Sequence record: OR352941.1 | Source: Escherichia phage AV111 | Reading direction: 5' to 3' (one strand) | Length of the DNA stretch: 64,000 nucleotides | In this document: one piece after another, positions 13,159-23,371 of the stretch | How positions within the stretch are numbered: position 1 is the first letter of the stretch | How the letters are laid out: every line of letters starts with the position of its first letter | Notes under the pieces: model-generated | Seen by the model: only the letters and a program-made list of their open reading frames with translations | Told to the model about the DNA's origin: nothing | The model's database searches: none | Position numbers and translations under genes: made by a program

Positions 13159-13410
13159 TTAGAACTTGATTTCTATCCAATGACCATCACGCTGGTCGTG
13201 ATTAATTTTGTACTGAAAGCCATTATCACGAAGCCATTGACCGACTTGTTCAGTTATAGTTAAATCGTTCTTTGACGGGTAGTACGTGAATTGTGTCTGG
13301 CCTTTGTCAGCGGCTTTCTCTGCCATCGCAGAGAAGTTAGTAATAAAATCACTCAACAAATTAGCTTTAGTGGCCAGAGCCCTTTCTCTTAATTCCTGTG
13401 CAAAACTCAT
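13159..13410 (-). CDS. Hypothetical protein (T4 24.x-like)
   Basis: 83-aa ORF between rnlB and hoc, position of T4 24.2/24.3. Confidence 0.55.
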   Translation of the reverse strand: MSFAQELRERALATKANLLSDFITNFSAMAEKAADKGQTQFTYYPSKNDLTITEQVGQWLRDNGFQYKINHDQRDGHWIEIKF

Positions 13411-13607
13411 TTCTTCACCTTTTTGTTAATCAAACGTTTACGGTATACAACTTTTTCTTTTGCTTTAAACTTTGACCGAGCTGTCTCGGCTTTAGTCCAT
13501 AGTAATCCAACTTCTTTAGGTTGTAAACCAATTTTTTGAGCAATTTCTACGAATGAAAATCCCGCCTCATGTAATGTATAAACTTCAACTTCAGCTCTCA
13601 TAATCAA
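13407..13607 (-). CDS. Hypothetical small basic protein with possible helix-turn-helix
   Basis: 66 aa; segment FSFVEIAQKIGLQPKEVGLLWTKAE resembles an HTH; basic C-terminal tail. Confidence 0.5.
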   Translation of the reverse strand: MIMRAEVEVYTLHEAGFSFVEIAQKIGLQPKEVGLLWTKAETARSKFKAKEKVVYRKRLINKKVKK

Positions 13608-13702
13608 TCCCGTATTATTTGGTTTGTGCCATTATATACATCAATCTCAAGTTGTGTTTTGTATGCTTTAAAAACGAAGAAAGGGGCCGAAGCCCCTTAC
13701 GA

Positions 13703-14551
13703 TTATGGATATGTATAGATGATACCAGTTTCCAAAGCAGTTTTATGGATGATGTATCCGTTACGTGATTCTTGAACATCAACTTCCGGATAGTCTTTCA
13801 TCATCTTCTGAAGAGTGTAACGATGCAGGTAGTATTTACTATCTGGATCTTCAGTTTTCCAATCTTTACCTTCTTCAGTCATTTTTTGGATTTCATCCAT
13901 AACCCACCAACCGCACCAGATGTAAGCTGAAGTACGATGTGGAAGAGGATGAACATAAGGTAATTCACCTTCTGGTTCCGGAGCAACTTTATCAGTTACC
14001 TGAACTTGACCTTCTGCTGTAATAGTTTTGCTATCGTAATCAGTTGCAGTTACTTGGGCTACACATTTAATTCTTTTTACTCCACTTGTAGTTGGAGTAT
14101 AGCTAAATGTGGAGTTAGTTTCTCCACCAACCTGTGAATCATCTACATACCACTGATACGTAGCAGACGCTCCAGCTGGTTGAGAAGCTAAGGCAGCAGT
14201 AAATTGAACTGGGGTTCCAATTACTCCAGCTGAAGGACTATTGGGAGTTACAGCTAAGGTAGTCGTTTGTGTCTTGTTTTGAACTGTGATGGTTGTAGAA
14301 GCTTCTGCTGTTTCAGCTTCAGCTTCTGGAACTGTATTTGTTGCAACTACTTTAATAGTCTTTTGACCGGCAGGTCCTTTTAGTACATAACTAAAAGTTG
14401 CTTCAGCTCCATCTTGCGGAACATCATCTACAGACCAAGCATATGTAATAGTTCCACCTCCAGTTTCACCACCGGGAGTAGCAGTAAACTGCTTAGTCTC
14501 ATCTATAACTCCAGTAGGTGTTTTAGGAGTTATATCAACTGTAAAAGCCAT
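13703..14551 (-). CDS. hoc: Hoc, highly immunogenic outer capsid protein (shortened, 282 aa)
   Basis: N-terminal Ig-like domains and C-terminal capsid-binding segment (APEPEGELPYVHPLPHR...GIIYTYP) match remembered T4 Hoc; about 94 aa shorter than T4 Hoc (376 aa). Confidence 0.9.
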   Translation of the reverse strand: MAFTVDITPKTPTGVIDETKQFTATPGGETGGGTITYAWSVDDVPQDGAEATFSYVLKGPAGQKTIKVVATNTVPEAEAETAEASTTITVQNKTQTTTLAVTPNSPSAGVIGTPVQFTAALASQPAGASATYQWYVDDSQVGGETNSTFSYTPTTSGVKRIKCVAQVTATDYDSKTITAEGQVQVTDKVAPEPEGELPYVHPLPHRTSAYIWCGWWVMDEIQKMTEEGKDWKTEDPDSKYYLHRYTLQKMMKDYPEVDVQESRNGYIIHKTALETGIIYTYP

Positions 14552-14560
14552 AAGTTATCC

Positions 14561-15229
14561 TTATTTTAATGTTACGAAAGAAGAATTACGAGTTTCACGA
14601 ATTAGAACTGATCCATCGCGATTAATATAATAAATTAAGCTAAATAATGTTTGGTGAGCAGAAGCGTGCACAAAACTGGTTGGACGAGATTTCCAATCTG
14701 GGGTTTCGGCTATCCATTGATAAATCCACCAAGGAACAGTAACATATCCTGGGCCTTTGCCTAATTTAATGAGTGTAGGACTAAAATTTTCAGGCAGAAC
14801 AAAATTTACTTCTTTATTTACCTCTGTCTCAGGCTCTTTTTCGGATTCAACAACCTGAGTAATTGCTTCTTCGAATTTATCATGGTCGAATTCTTTTTCT
14901 TGTTCGACAACTTCTAATACTTCAACTTGTTCTGTTGGAGAATCAAACAACAGAATAGCTTCTTCTTTAACTTCTTCGTTGGTGAAATTAACACCGTCTA
15001 CATCATCTGCGGCAGTAATTAAATCGGTGATAGATAATCCATCAGTTTCGGGTAACGGTTCATCAGCCAGTGCGTTAAGAGCTTCTTCGATATCAATAAC
15101 AATATTATCGAATGATTTTGTTTTCTTAACACTAATGCCAAATTGTTCCGCATATTCAAACAGTTTAGCTTTGGCTTCCTTTTTATCAGAAAGAGCACGT
15201 AACTCTTCAATATAGTCTTTATCGATCAT
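14561..15229 (-). CDS. inh: Inh, inhibitor of prohead protease (packaged internal protein)
   Basis: 222 aa acidic protein in the T4 inh position between hoc and uvsW (T4 Inh 226 aa). Confidence 0.75.
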   Translation of the reverse strand: MIDKDYIEELRALSDKKEAKAKLFEYAEQFGISVKKTKSFDNIVIDIEEALNALADEPLPETDGLSITDLITAADDVDGVNFTNEEVKEEAILLFDSPTEQVEVLEVVEQEKEFDHDKFEEAITQVVESEKEPETEVNKEVNFVLPENFSPTLIKLGKGPGYVTVPWWIYQWIAETPDWKSRPTSFVHASAHQTLFSLIYYINRDGSVLIRETRNSSFVTLK

Positions 15230-15242
15230 GGTATTTCCTCAT

Positions 15243-15250
15243 TATAAATA
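15243..15250 (+). promoter_or_regulatory. T4 late promoter TATAAATA upstream of uvsW
   Basis: Exact TATAAATA about 30 nt upstream of the uvsW ATG. Confidence 0.7.
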
Positions 15251-15279
15251 TAACTATATTTATTACATGGTAATTTGAC

Positions 15280-16794
15280 ATGACTGACATTAAAGTACAT
15301 TTTTATGATTTTAGTCACGTGCGCATTGAATGCGACGAAAGTACGTTTTACGAACTTCGTGACTTTTTTAGCTTTGAAGCCGATGGATACAAATTCAACC
15401 CGCGTTACAAATATGGGAACTGGGACGGTAGAATTCGACTTTTAGATTATAACCGTTTGTTACCATATGGACTTGTAGGACAAATAAAAAAGTTCTGTAA
15501 CAATATGAGTTATTCTGTATGGATTGACCCTAAAATCTTTGAGACAGAAGACCTTACCAGGGAAGATTTTGACGCATGGCTTTCTAAACAAGAAATTTAT
15601 TCGGGCAATTCCAAAATCGAACCACATTGGTATCAAAAAGATGCAGTATATGAAGGACTAGTTAATCGTCGTCGAATTTTAAACCTTCCGACATCAGCAG
15701 GTAAATCACTAATCCAAGCACTTTTAGCTCGATATTATCTAGAGAACTATGAAGGTAAAATTCTCATTATCGTCCCTACAACAGCATTGACAACCCAGAT
15801 GGCTAATGATTTTGTTGATTATCGCTTGTTTAGTCATTCGATGATTAAGAAAATTGGCGGTGGTGCTGATAAAGCAGACAAATCTAAAAACGACGCTCCA
15901 ATTATTGTTGGCACATGGCAAACGGTAGTTAAGCAGCCTAAAGAATGGTTCTCTCAGTTCGGTATGATGATGAACGATGAATGCCACTTAGCAACAGGCA
16001 AAAGTATTTCTTCAATCATCTCAGGATTAAATAATTGTATGTTTAAATTCGGTTTATCTGGCTCATTAAGAGACGGAAAGGCCAATGTAATGCAGTACGT
16101 AGGCATGTTCGGCGAAATCTTCCGTCCTGTTAGCACGTCTAAATTAATGGAAGATGGACAGGTAACTGAGCTTAAGATTAATAGTATTTTCCTTCGTTAT
16201 CCAGACGAATTCGCCACCAAATTAAAAGGTAAAACATACCAAGAAGAAGTTAAAATTATTACCGGACTAAAACGACGTACAAAGTGGATTGCTCAACTTT
16301 CAGTCAAATTGGCTAAGAAAGACGAGAACGCTTTTGTAATGTTTAAACACGTTACACACGGTAAAGAAATATTTGAAGCTATTAAAGAGCTTGGATACGA
16401 AAAAGTTTATTACGTATCAGGTGAAGTTGATACTGAAACACGTAACGCGCTTAAAGTCATGGCAGAAAATGGTAAAGGCATTATTATTGTCGCATCATAT
16501 GGAGTATTCTCTACTGGTATTTCAGTCAAGAATCTTCATCATGTTATTTTTGCCCATGGTGTTAAATCAAAAATTATCGTACTTCAAACCGTAGGTCGCG
16601 TGCTTCGCAAGCATGGTTCTAAATCTGTTGCTACAGTTTGGGATCTCATCGACGATGCAGGTGTAAAACCTAAATCATTAAATACTAAAAAGAAGTATAC
16701 TCATCTTAATTACTTGTTAAAACACGGTATTGATCGTATCCAACGTTACGCTGATGAGAAATTTAACTATGTAATGAAAACAATTAATTTATAA
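15280..16794 (+). CDS. uvsW: UvsW, SF2 DNA helicase (recombination/repair)
   Basis: 504 aa; helicase motifs (LPTSAGKS Walker A, DECH box); N-terminus MTDIKVHFYDFSHVRIE matches T4 UvsW. Confidence 0.93.
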   Translation: MTDIKVHFYDFSHVRIECDESTFYELRDFFSFEADGYKFNPRYKYGNWDGRIRLLDYNRLLPYGLVGQIKKFCNNMSYSVWIDPKIFETEDLTREDFDAWLSKQEIYSGNSKIEPHWYQKDAVYEGLVNRRRILNLPTSAGKSLIQALLARYYLENYEGKILIIVPTTALTTQMANDFVDYRLFSHSMIKKIGGGADKADKSKNDAPIIVGTWQTVVKQPKEWFSQFGMMMNDECHLATGKSISSIISGLNNCMFKFGLSGSLRDGKANVMQYVGMFGEIFRPVSTSKLMEDGQVTELKINSIFLRYPDEFATKLKGKTYQEEVKIITGLKRRTKWIAQLSVKLAKKDENAFVMFKHVTHGKEIFEAIKELGYEKVYYVSGEVDTETRNALKVMAENGKGIIIVASYGVFSTGISVKNLHHVIFAHGVKSKIIVLQTVGRVLRKHGSKSVATVWDLIDDAGVKPKSLNTKKKYTHLNYLLKHGIDRIQRYADEKFNYVMKTINL

Positions 16795-16819
16795 GGGCTT
16801 CGGCCCTTAGGAGATAAAA

Positions 16820-17050
16820 ATGGTACTTGAATTTAAACAATTTTTATACGAAGCATCTATTGACGAATTCATGGGTAAAATTGCTAGTTGTCATACCCTA
16901 GAAGGGCTTGAAGAATTGGAAGCTTATTATAAGAAACGTATAAAAGAAACGGAATTAAAAGATACAGATGATATTTCTGTCAGGGATGCCTTAGCAGGTA
17001 AGCGTGCCGAACTTGAAGGCGATGATGAGGATGTGGAAGAAGACTTCTAA
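16820..17050 (+). CDS. uvsW.1: UvsW.1
   Basis: 76-aa acidic ORF immediately after uvsW, same size as T4 UvsW.1. Confidence 0.8.
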   Translation: MVLEFKQFLYEASIDEFMGKIASCHTLEGLEELEAYYKKRIKETELKDTDDISVRDALAGKRAELEGDDEDVEEDF

Positions 17051-17108
17051 TTAAAAAAAGGCCCGACCTTTTTGGAAGGGCCAAAAACCATAGGCAAAAA
17101 AGGTAACA

Positions 17109-17276
17109 CTATAGTAAAAGTTGGGTTTCGTTCAATTGCTCTTCTGAACTTTCTGAAACCGGCAATTGTTGGACATAGTTATAACAAGGACCAGGATGTG
17201 CTGGACCTTTGTCTGTTTCAACAACCAATGCAGAATCGATTGGAGTTTTACAGACAACACAAATCTTATCTGACAT
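17109..17276 (-). CDS. uvsY.-2: uvsY.-2-like small Cys-containing protein (55 aa)
   Basis: Hand-translated minus-strand ORF MSDKICVVCKTPIDSALVVETDKGPAHPGPCYNY..., preceded by SD GAGGAG and late-promoter-like TATAAATA (plus 17302-17309); below the 60-aa cutoff of the ORF track. Confidence 0.65.
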   Translation of the reverse strand: MSDKICVVCKTPIDSALVVETDKGPAHPGPCYNYVQQLPVSESSEEQLNETQLLL

Positions 17277-17399
17277 GATTGTCTCCTCTGAATTATATAT
17301 CTATTTATAACCCCATCTTAAAACGCATTTCTTGTACACGCTTTAAACATGCTTCCATTTCTGCTAAAAGTCTAAATACTTCTTTATAATTTGTCATAT

Positions 17400-17627
17400 T
17401 TACCCCATATCTCTCATATGCATATCAATGCCCATATCTTTAGAATAAAAATATTCATCAAGATATCCGGCAAATTTTCCTTTAATATAAAGGACATCTT
17501 CACCACACGGGTGGTCTGCCAGTATACGAATATCCTGACGACGTAGACGATACCTTTCCATTAAGAATTTAATTTCAGTTTCAAATTCTTCGTCATTATT
17601 AAAGGCATCTTCAATTGAATAACGCAT
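17400..17627 (-). CDS. uvsY.-1: uvsY.-1-like protein
   Basis: 75-aa ORF immediately downstream of uvsY on the same strand. Confidence 0.7.
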   Translation of the reverse strand: MRYSIEDAFNNDEEFETEIKFLMERYRLRRQDIRILADHPCGEDVLYIKGKFAGYLDEYFYSKDMGIDMHMRDMG

Positions 17628-18040
17628 TATTGCCCCGCTTCAAATTCTCGCATATCCTGGATATGTTTAAGTGCAAAACTACGAGACTTAACTGCGTCAA
17701 GTGCACCACTACAGAACTCAAGTAAAATTCCCCAGTATTGTAAAGTAGTCTCTATTTTAAGCACATCTTTATCTGCAGCCAGGACAGTCTTCATTTCAGA
17801 TTTCTCGTATCGGTCCATACTGAATTCATCACCGTCACCTCGTCCCGAGTAGTAGTCTAATCTTGCTTTTAGAGCAGTTTTCTTCTGAGTCTCTATACGC
17901 AACATTTCTTTACGAATAAATGAGTGCTTACGTAGCCATTTGCTGTATAACTTAACATTATTCGCTGTCTCATATTGCAACTTTGTCATATCAATAGCTA
18001 AGTCTGCGTCTAACTCTTCCTGTAAATCTTCCAGCTTCAT
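17627..18040 (-). CDS. uvsY: UvsY recombination mediator
   Basis: 137 aa, identical length to T4 UvsY; N-terminus MKLEDLQEELDADLAIDMTKLQYE. Confidence 0.92.
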   Translation of the reverse strand: MKLEDLQEELDADLAIDMTKLQYETANNVKLYSKWLRKHSFIRKEMLRIETQKKTALKARLDYYSGRGDGDEFSMDRYEKSEMKTVLAADKDVLKIETTLQYWGILLEFCSGALDAVKSRSFALKHIQDMREFEAGQ

Positions 18041-18119
18041 AATGTTCTCTCTTTAACTAATAATCTCCCGGCTGTATCGGAAGGACCTAAAACCATTATA
18101 CATAGTTTGCCTTGAAGCA

Positions 18120-18518
18120 TTACACTCTATTGCTTGACGCTAACTGAAGTTTAATTTGTTCAATATCGTCAGGGTTGTCTACGACCGAAAATCTAATCTC
18201 TACTATAACCGTATAGTCATCATATACTGGCGTTACACTTACAGAAAGTTTGTCGATGCGTGGCTCATAGTTACGAACAGCTGCCTGGATATTACGCTCA
18301 ATCGTATCGGTTGTAAGTGGTGTCATGTTCTCGAAAAGTTCGTCGACCAAATCGCATCCAAATTCAGGGTCGAAGGGGCGTGAGCCTTTTCTAGTTGTCA
18401 CTATGCCAAGAAGACTATTTTTAATAGAACGAAGTCCTACAGAACGAGCAACGTCCTTGTTCCAATCCATACGCATTTCTGGGTCGATATCTGAATAAAG
18501 TTTATTGATATTAGACAT
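18120..18518 (-). CDS. 25: Baseplate wedge protein gp25
   Basis: 132 aa; ...NINKLYSDIDPEM..IEQIKLQLASSNRV matches T4 gp25. Confidence 0.93.
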   Translation of the reverse strand: MSNINKLYSDIDPEMRMDWNKDVARSVGLRSIKNSLLGIVTTRKGSRPFDPEFGCDLVDELFENMTPLTTDTIERNIQAAVRNYEPRIDKLSVSVTPVYDDYTVIVEIRFSVVDNPDDIEQIKLQLASSNRV

Positions 18519-19144
18519 TATAGTAACTCAAAGAATTCTTTGAGGCCTCGTATTGTGTGAACGTGTGACGCCCCACATTTGGGACATTTAATAGGGGTTG
18601 CCAGATAAATTGATGGCGACACCAAAAGATTTTTAATATTGATCATGTCATCTTCTGTTATAAGGCCGTAAAGGTCGTTTATTTCTGCTTCAGTTAAATC
18701 TTCAACAGGGATGGACTCTCCATTGACAAAAATGGCCTCAATACATGAAGCAATCATTAATGCGATATTTTTATCGTCAAATAATTTAGGTTGACGGAAC
18801 TTAATTTTAATACCACTAAACGAATACCAGGGATCGGCCTGTTCATCTAATTGAGTGTGCAATAAATTCATATAGACTTGAAATGAATGCCCACAGGAAC
18901 AATTCCAGGTGTGTTCTTGATTCACTTCACCTAATGAATGTGCCCACAGATTTACCAACAATAGCTCGGCTTCTTGTTTAGTCAAGTTTTTAGCGTTAGA
19001 GCAATTAGTGATAATATTGTTCACTGCTGATTCAATAGTACCGGTAGCCCGTGCACCTATGAGTCCTAAATATTCTTTTAAAGTAAAGGCTCTACAATTC
19101 ACTTCTTTATCGCCTAAACGTACGGTAAACGTATATTTGTACAT
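18518..19144 (-). CDS. 26: Baseplate hub protein gp26
   Basis: 208 aa as in T4; synteny, divergent from gene 51. Confidence 0.85.
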   Translation of the reverse strand: MYKYTFTVRLGDKEVNCRAFTLKEYLGLIGARATGTIESAVNNIITNCSNAKNLTKQEAELLLVNLWAHSLGEVNQEHTWNCSCGHSFQVYMNLLHTQLDEQADPWYSFSGIKIKFRQPKLFDDKNIALMIASCIEAIFVNGESIPVEDLTEAEINDLYGLITEDDMINIKNLLVSPSIYLATPIKCPKCGASHVHTIRGLKEFFELL

Positions 19145-19162
19145 GTTAACTCCTTTATTGTG

Positions 19163-19174
19163 TATTTATAAATA
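19163..19174. promoter_or_regulatory. Overlapping divergent late promoters (TATTTATAAATA) for genes 26/25 (minus) and 51 (plus)
   Basis: tatttata (19163-19170, TATAAATA on minus) overlaps TATAAATA (19167-19174, plus) in the 47-nt 26/51 intergenic gap. Confidence 0.65.
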
Positions 19175-19191
19175 ATAGAAAAGGAGTAATT

Positions 19192-19944
19192 ATGGCTAAT
19201 ATAATTCGTTGTAAATTACCGGACGGTGTTCATCGTTTTAAGCCGTTCACTGTGGCGGATTATAGAGACTTTTTACTAGTTAGAAATGATATCGAACATC
19301 GTTCGCCACAAGAACAAAAAGAAATAATTGCCGATCTGATTGATGATTATTTTGGCGAGTACCCTAAAACATGGCAACCATTTATATTCCTGCAAGTTTT
19401 TGCAGGCTCTATAGGCAAAACAAAAGTTCCCGTTATTTTCACTTGCCCTAAATGCTCTAAAGAAAAAACTGCACCATTTGAGATATATCAAAAAGAACTA
19501 GTCGAACCTGAACTTGATGTTGCTGGTATAAAAATACGTTTTTCTTTCCCTGAAAAGTTTTATGACAACAAGGCATTAATGATAAGTGAAAACATAAAAG
19601 AAATATATTATAATGACGAATGGTACCCATGGAATGATTTGACTGAAGAGAACCAAATCCAAGTAATAGAAGCAATAGACATTGACTCGCTCGAGAAGGT
19701 TATTGCTTCTATGAACCCTATTAATTTGACCCTTAGATTAGGTTGTTGTGAACGACATGTTAAAACATATACTGATATCTTAGAGGTTTTTAAATTGTTA
19801 GTTAACCCTGATGAGATTTTTACATTCTATCAGATAAACCATTCACTAGTAAAGAGTCAATACACATTGGATTCTATTATGCAAATGATTCCTGTTGAAC
19901 GTGGTATTGCTTTAACATTAGTAGAAAAGGACCATAAAAAATGA
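19192..19944 (+). CDS. 51: Baseplate hub assembly catalyst gp51
   Basis: 250 aa (T4 249 aa); synteny. Confidence 0.85.
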   Translation: MANIIRCKLPDGVHRFKPFTVADYRDFLLVRNDIEHRSPQEQKEIIADLIDDYFGEYPKTWQPFIFLQVFAGSIGKTKVPVIFTCPKCSKEKTAPFEIYQKELVEPELDVAGIKIRFSFPEKFYDNKALMISENIKEIYYNDEWYPWNDLTEENQIQVIEAIDIDSLEKVIASMNPINLTLRLGCCERHVKTYTDILEVFKLLVNPDEIFTFYQINHSLVKSQYTLDSIMQMIPVERGIALTLVEKDHKK

Positions 19945-21113
19945 CAGTATTCCAACGTCCAGGATATCCTAACTTAAGCGTTAAATTATACCAAGATTAT
20001 TCGGCTTGGCAAGAAAATAGATACGTTGAACTCGCGGCAACAATAACAACTTTAACCATGCGAGATTCGCTATATGGAAGAAATGAAGGGATTCTTCAAT
20101 TTTATGACACTAAAAACATCCACACTAAAATGGACGGTAGACAGATAGTTCAAATCTCTGTTTCAAATTCAAACACGCCTCTCCAAGTTAGAACTCGAAT
20201 TTATGGATGTAGACATTATTCTGTGTCTGTGGACTCAAAAGGTGACAATATTATTGCAATTGAGCTTGGAACAATACATTCTATAGAGAACCTTAAATTT
20301 GGGCGTCCATTCTTCCCGGACGCAGGCGAATCTATACGTGAAATGTTAGGTGTCATATACAAAGACCGTGCGTTAATTACTCCGCCAATAAACACTATTA
20401 ATGCTTATGTTCCTGATATCCCTTGGACAAGCACATTTGATGATTATTTGGCATATGTCAGAGAATTAGGACTTGCTACTGCGAGTGATAAGTTCGTATT
20501 CGTATGGCAAGATATTTTAGGCGTAAACATGATTGACTACGATACTCTTATTGGTCAGGAAGGCATTAAGATGATTGTAGGTGAGCCAAATACTGTAGGT
20601 CAGTATATTCAAGAGCTTGAGTATCCATTAGTATGGGATTTTACCTGGATGACTAAAGCCAACCAATTTACAAGAGACCCTATTAAAAACGCCACAATAT
20701 TCGCCCATTCATTTTTAGATACATCTATTCCGGTTATTGTTACTGGCGATGGTGATAATGCTATTCTTGTGTCAAGATCCGGTGGATATTCCGAAATGAC
20801 CTATCGTAATGGATTTGAAGAAGCAAGTCGTCTTCAGACAATGGCTCAATATGACGGATATGCTAAATGCACTACTACAGGTAATTTTAACATAACGCCT
20901 GCTACTAAAATTATATTTGTTGACCAAAAGAACCAATTCAAATCCGAATTTTACGTGGATGAAGTTATTCATGAGTTATCAAATAACAACTCACAAACTC
21001 ATCTGTACATGTTTACCAACTCAATGGTGTTAGAACCTGTTAACCCAGTTAAGGTTAAAAATGAACTTAAATCTGATTCTACCTCTAAAGAAAATAATTC
21101 TACCACAGTCTAA
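19941..21113 (+). CDS. 27: Baseplate hub protein gp27
   Basis: 390 aa (T4 391 aa); synteny. Confidence 0.88.
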   Translation: MTVFQRPGYPNLSVKLYQDYSAWQENRYVELAATITTLTMRDSLYGRNEGILQFYDTKNIHTKMDGRQIVQISVSNSNTPLQVRTRIYGCRHYSVSVDSKGDNIIAIELGTIHSIENLKFGRPFFPDAGESIREMLGVIYKDRALITPPINTINAYVPDIPWTSTFDDYLAYVRELGLATASDKFVFVWQDILGVNMIDYDTLIGQEGIKMIVGEPNTVGQYIQELEYPLVWDFTWMTKANQFTRDPIKNATIFAHSFLDTSIPVIVTGDGDNAILVSRSGGYSEMTYRNGFEEASRLQTMAQYDGYAKCTTTGNFNITPATKIIFVDQKNQFKSEFYVDEVIHELSNNNSQTHLYMFTNSMVLEPVNPVKVKNELKSDSTSKENNSTTV

Positions 21114-21594
21114 TAAAAAGGTAATGATTCCTAAATTAGGGCTCAAACATTATAATCTTTTAAAGGACGTTAAAGGCCCTGATGAAAACATGAAAATCTT
21201 AGCTGATTCTATTTGTAAAAATATGAGTCCCGCAGATTTTGATTTTGCATGTCTACACATATTGGAATTTAATAACAAACTTAAGTCTGAAGTTGAAAAA
21301 GATGGATTCACTTATAAACTAGATGACGTCTATGTATGCCAACGAACAGAATTCCAATTTCAAGGTAATACTTTTTATTTTAGACCCCCAGGCAAATTTG
21401 AACAATTCGCTACAATCAGTGAAATGCTATCAAATTGCTTAATAAAAGTTAATGACGAAGAGAAAGAAATTTCTTTCCTTGAGATGCCTGCTTTTGTAAT
21501 CAAATGGGCAGAAGACCTTTCGACAACTATTGCTATTCCGGGCCCTAATGGTCCTATTAAGGGTATAGCAGAAATTATTGGATTGCTTGAATGA
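21061..21594 (+). CDS. 28: Baseplate hub distal subunit gp28
   Basis: 177 aa as in T4; overlaps the 3' end of gene 27. Confidence 0.85.
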   Translation: MNLNLILPLKKIILPQSNKKVMIPKLGLKHYNLLKDVKGPDENMKILADSICKNMSPADFDFACLHILEFNNKLKSEVEKDGFTYKLDDVYVCQRTEFQFQGNTFYFRPPGKFEQFATISEMLSNCLIKVNDEEKEISFLEMPAFVIKWAEDLSTTIAIPGPNGPIKGIAEIIGLLE

Positions 21595-23363
21595 AACCTG
21601 AAGAAATGAAATCCATGCGTAGAAATAAGGTCATTGCCGATAATAAACCACAAAAAGTAGCTGCAACAGCAGCTACCGATTCATTAGAAGCATTGAATGA
21701 CATTTCATCAAAACTAGACGATGTCCAAGCCGCGTCTGAACTCACATCACAAAGTGTAGAAGATAAAGGCAATGGAATTATTGAATCAATTGGAGACTTA
21801 AAGAATTCGACAGATAATACTGCTGAAGGCACAGAGCTTATCGCAGAAGTTATTGAAAAACAAACTGAAGTCACTAAAGGTATAAACGAAGTTTCTAGTG
21901 CAATAAGCTCTAAGTTAGACCGATTAGCTACATTATTAGAGCAAAAATTACAAACATCTACCGCTATTCAAAATACAGGAGGCACCTCTCTTGAAGTAAT
22001 TGAGAACGCAATACCTGTTAAAGTGGTTGAGAATGAAACTTCTGATGAGTTGTTTAAAGCATTCCCTACACCTGAAAAGATTGATAATAAGCCAGACGAA
22101 GATTTCTTCCCAGCACCGGTTCAAGAAAGTGCTAATTCTACTTCCGATTCTAAAGGCGGAATTAGCTTTAAATTGAGCGATAAAATTGCAATGCTCACCA
22201 AAACAGTTCAAACCGGGTTTAATAAATCAATATCAATTTCAGACAGAATTGCTGGAATGCTTTTCAAATACACTATAACGGCTGCTATTGAAGCAGCAAA
22301 AATGGCCGCACTTATTCTTGGTATTGTTATCGGTATTGATTTATTGATAGTCCATTTCAAATATTGGACAGACAAGTTCACTTCTGCCTGGGATTTATTT
22401 GATGAAAACTTTACTAAATTCTCCGATGAAGCTAAAGAGTGGGGTAAATTCTTAAGCGATATATTCACTTCTATTGACTCGATAAAACAATTGTGGGAAG
22501 CTGGAGACTGGGGTGGTTTAACCGTTGCTATTGTCAAAGGTGTAGGAACAGCATTAATGAACTTAGGTGAACTAATTCAATTAGGAATGGCTAAACTCTC
22601 CGCGTCTATATTGCGTGCTATAGGTTTTGGTGATACCGCGGACGAAATAGAAGGACGTGCTTTAGAAGGATTCCAAGAAACTACTGGGAACAAATTAAAG
22701 AAAGAAGACCAAGAGAAAGTCGCTAAATATCAAATGAAGCGTGACGATGGGGAATTAGGAACCGTTTCTAAAGGTCTTGATATGTTACAACGCGGCAAAA
22801 CATTCGTTACTAACTGGGTTCGTGGTAATGACAATAAAGAAGAGTTTAGTACAAGCGATGAGCGTGCTGCGGAATCAGCAAAATTAAAAGAGTTACCTGA
22901 AGAGGAGCGTAAAGAGGCGTATATAAAAGCTAATGAAACTCGTGCGGCGCTGGTTAGATTTGAGGATTATATCGATAAAATCGATATGACTAATCCGGAA
23001 AATGCTAAAAACGTCGAGAAGTCTTATGCTGATTTAAGTAAACTTATTAAAGACCCTGAACTTAATAAAACTCCTGTTGTTAAAAAGGAAATAGATGCTA
23101 GATTTGAAAAGCTAAATAATAAAATGGCTGAAGCTAAAAAGGCTCAGACTACAGTTAAGCCTGAATCTTCGTCTAAATCTCCGGAAGCAAAACAAGTTCA
23201 GTCAATAGAGAAAGGACGTGCTTCTGAATCTAAACAACAGCAACCGGTAGCGGCGATTAGTAACACAAATAATGTCGTCAAAAAGAATACCGTAGTCCAG
23301 AATATGACCCCTGTAACAAGTACAACGGCTCCTGGAATTTTCCATGCCACCGGTGTTAATTAA
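21591..23363 (+). CDS. 29: Baseplate hub / tail length determinant gp29
   Basis: 590 aa, same length as T4 gp29. Confidence 0.88.
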   Translation: MKPEEMKSMRRNKVIADNKPQKVAATAATDSLEALNDISSKLDDVQAASELTSQSVEDKGNGIIESIGDLKNSTDNTAEGTELIAEVIEKQTEVTKGINEVSSAISSKLDRLATLLEQKLQTSTAIQNTGGTSLEVIENAIPVKVVENETSDELFKAFPTPEKIDNKPDEDFFPAPVQESANSTSDSKGGISFKLSDKIAMLTKTVQTGFNKSISISDRIAGMLFKYTITAAIEAAKMAALILGIVIGIDLLIVHFKYWTDKFTSAWDLFDENFTKFSDEAKEWGKFLSDIFTSIDSIKQLWEAGDWGGLTVAIVKGVGTALMNLGELIQLGMAKLSASILRAIGFGDTADEIEGRALEGFQETTGNKLKKEDQEKVAKYQMKRDDGELGTVSKGLDMLQRGKTFVTNWVRGNDNKEEFSTSDERAAESAKLKELPEEERKEAYIKANETRAALVRFEDYIDKIDMTNPENAKNVEKSYADLSKLIKDPELNKTPVVKKEIDARFEKLNNKMAEAKKAQTTVKPESSSKSPEAKQVQSIEKGRASESKQQQPVAAISNTNNVVKKNTVVQNMTPVTSTTAPGIFHATGVN

Positions 23364-23371
23364 GGATTATT

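Noticed and set aside
17072-17278. Plus-strand 68-aa ORF in the uvsW.1/uvsY intergenic region
   Set aside because: It is the antisense shadow of a better-supported minus-strand gene (55-aa uvsY.-2-like ORF with SD and promoter); no RBS of its own.
17308-17397. 30-codon minus-strand ORF between uvsY.-1 and uvsY.-2
   Set aside because: Very short, weak SD, overlaps a late-promoter-like motif; insufficient evidence to call a gene.
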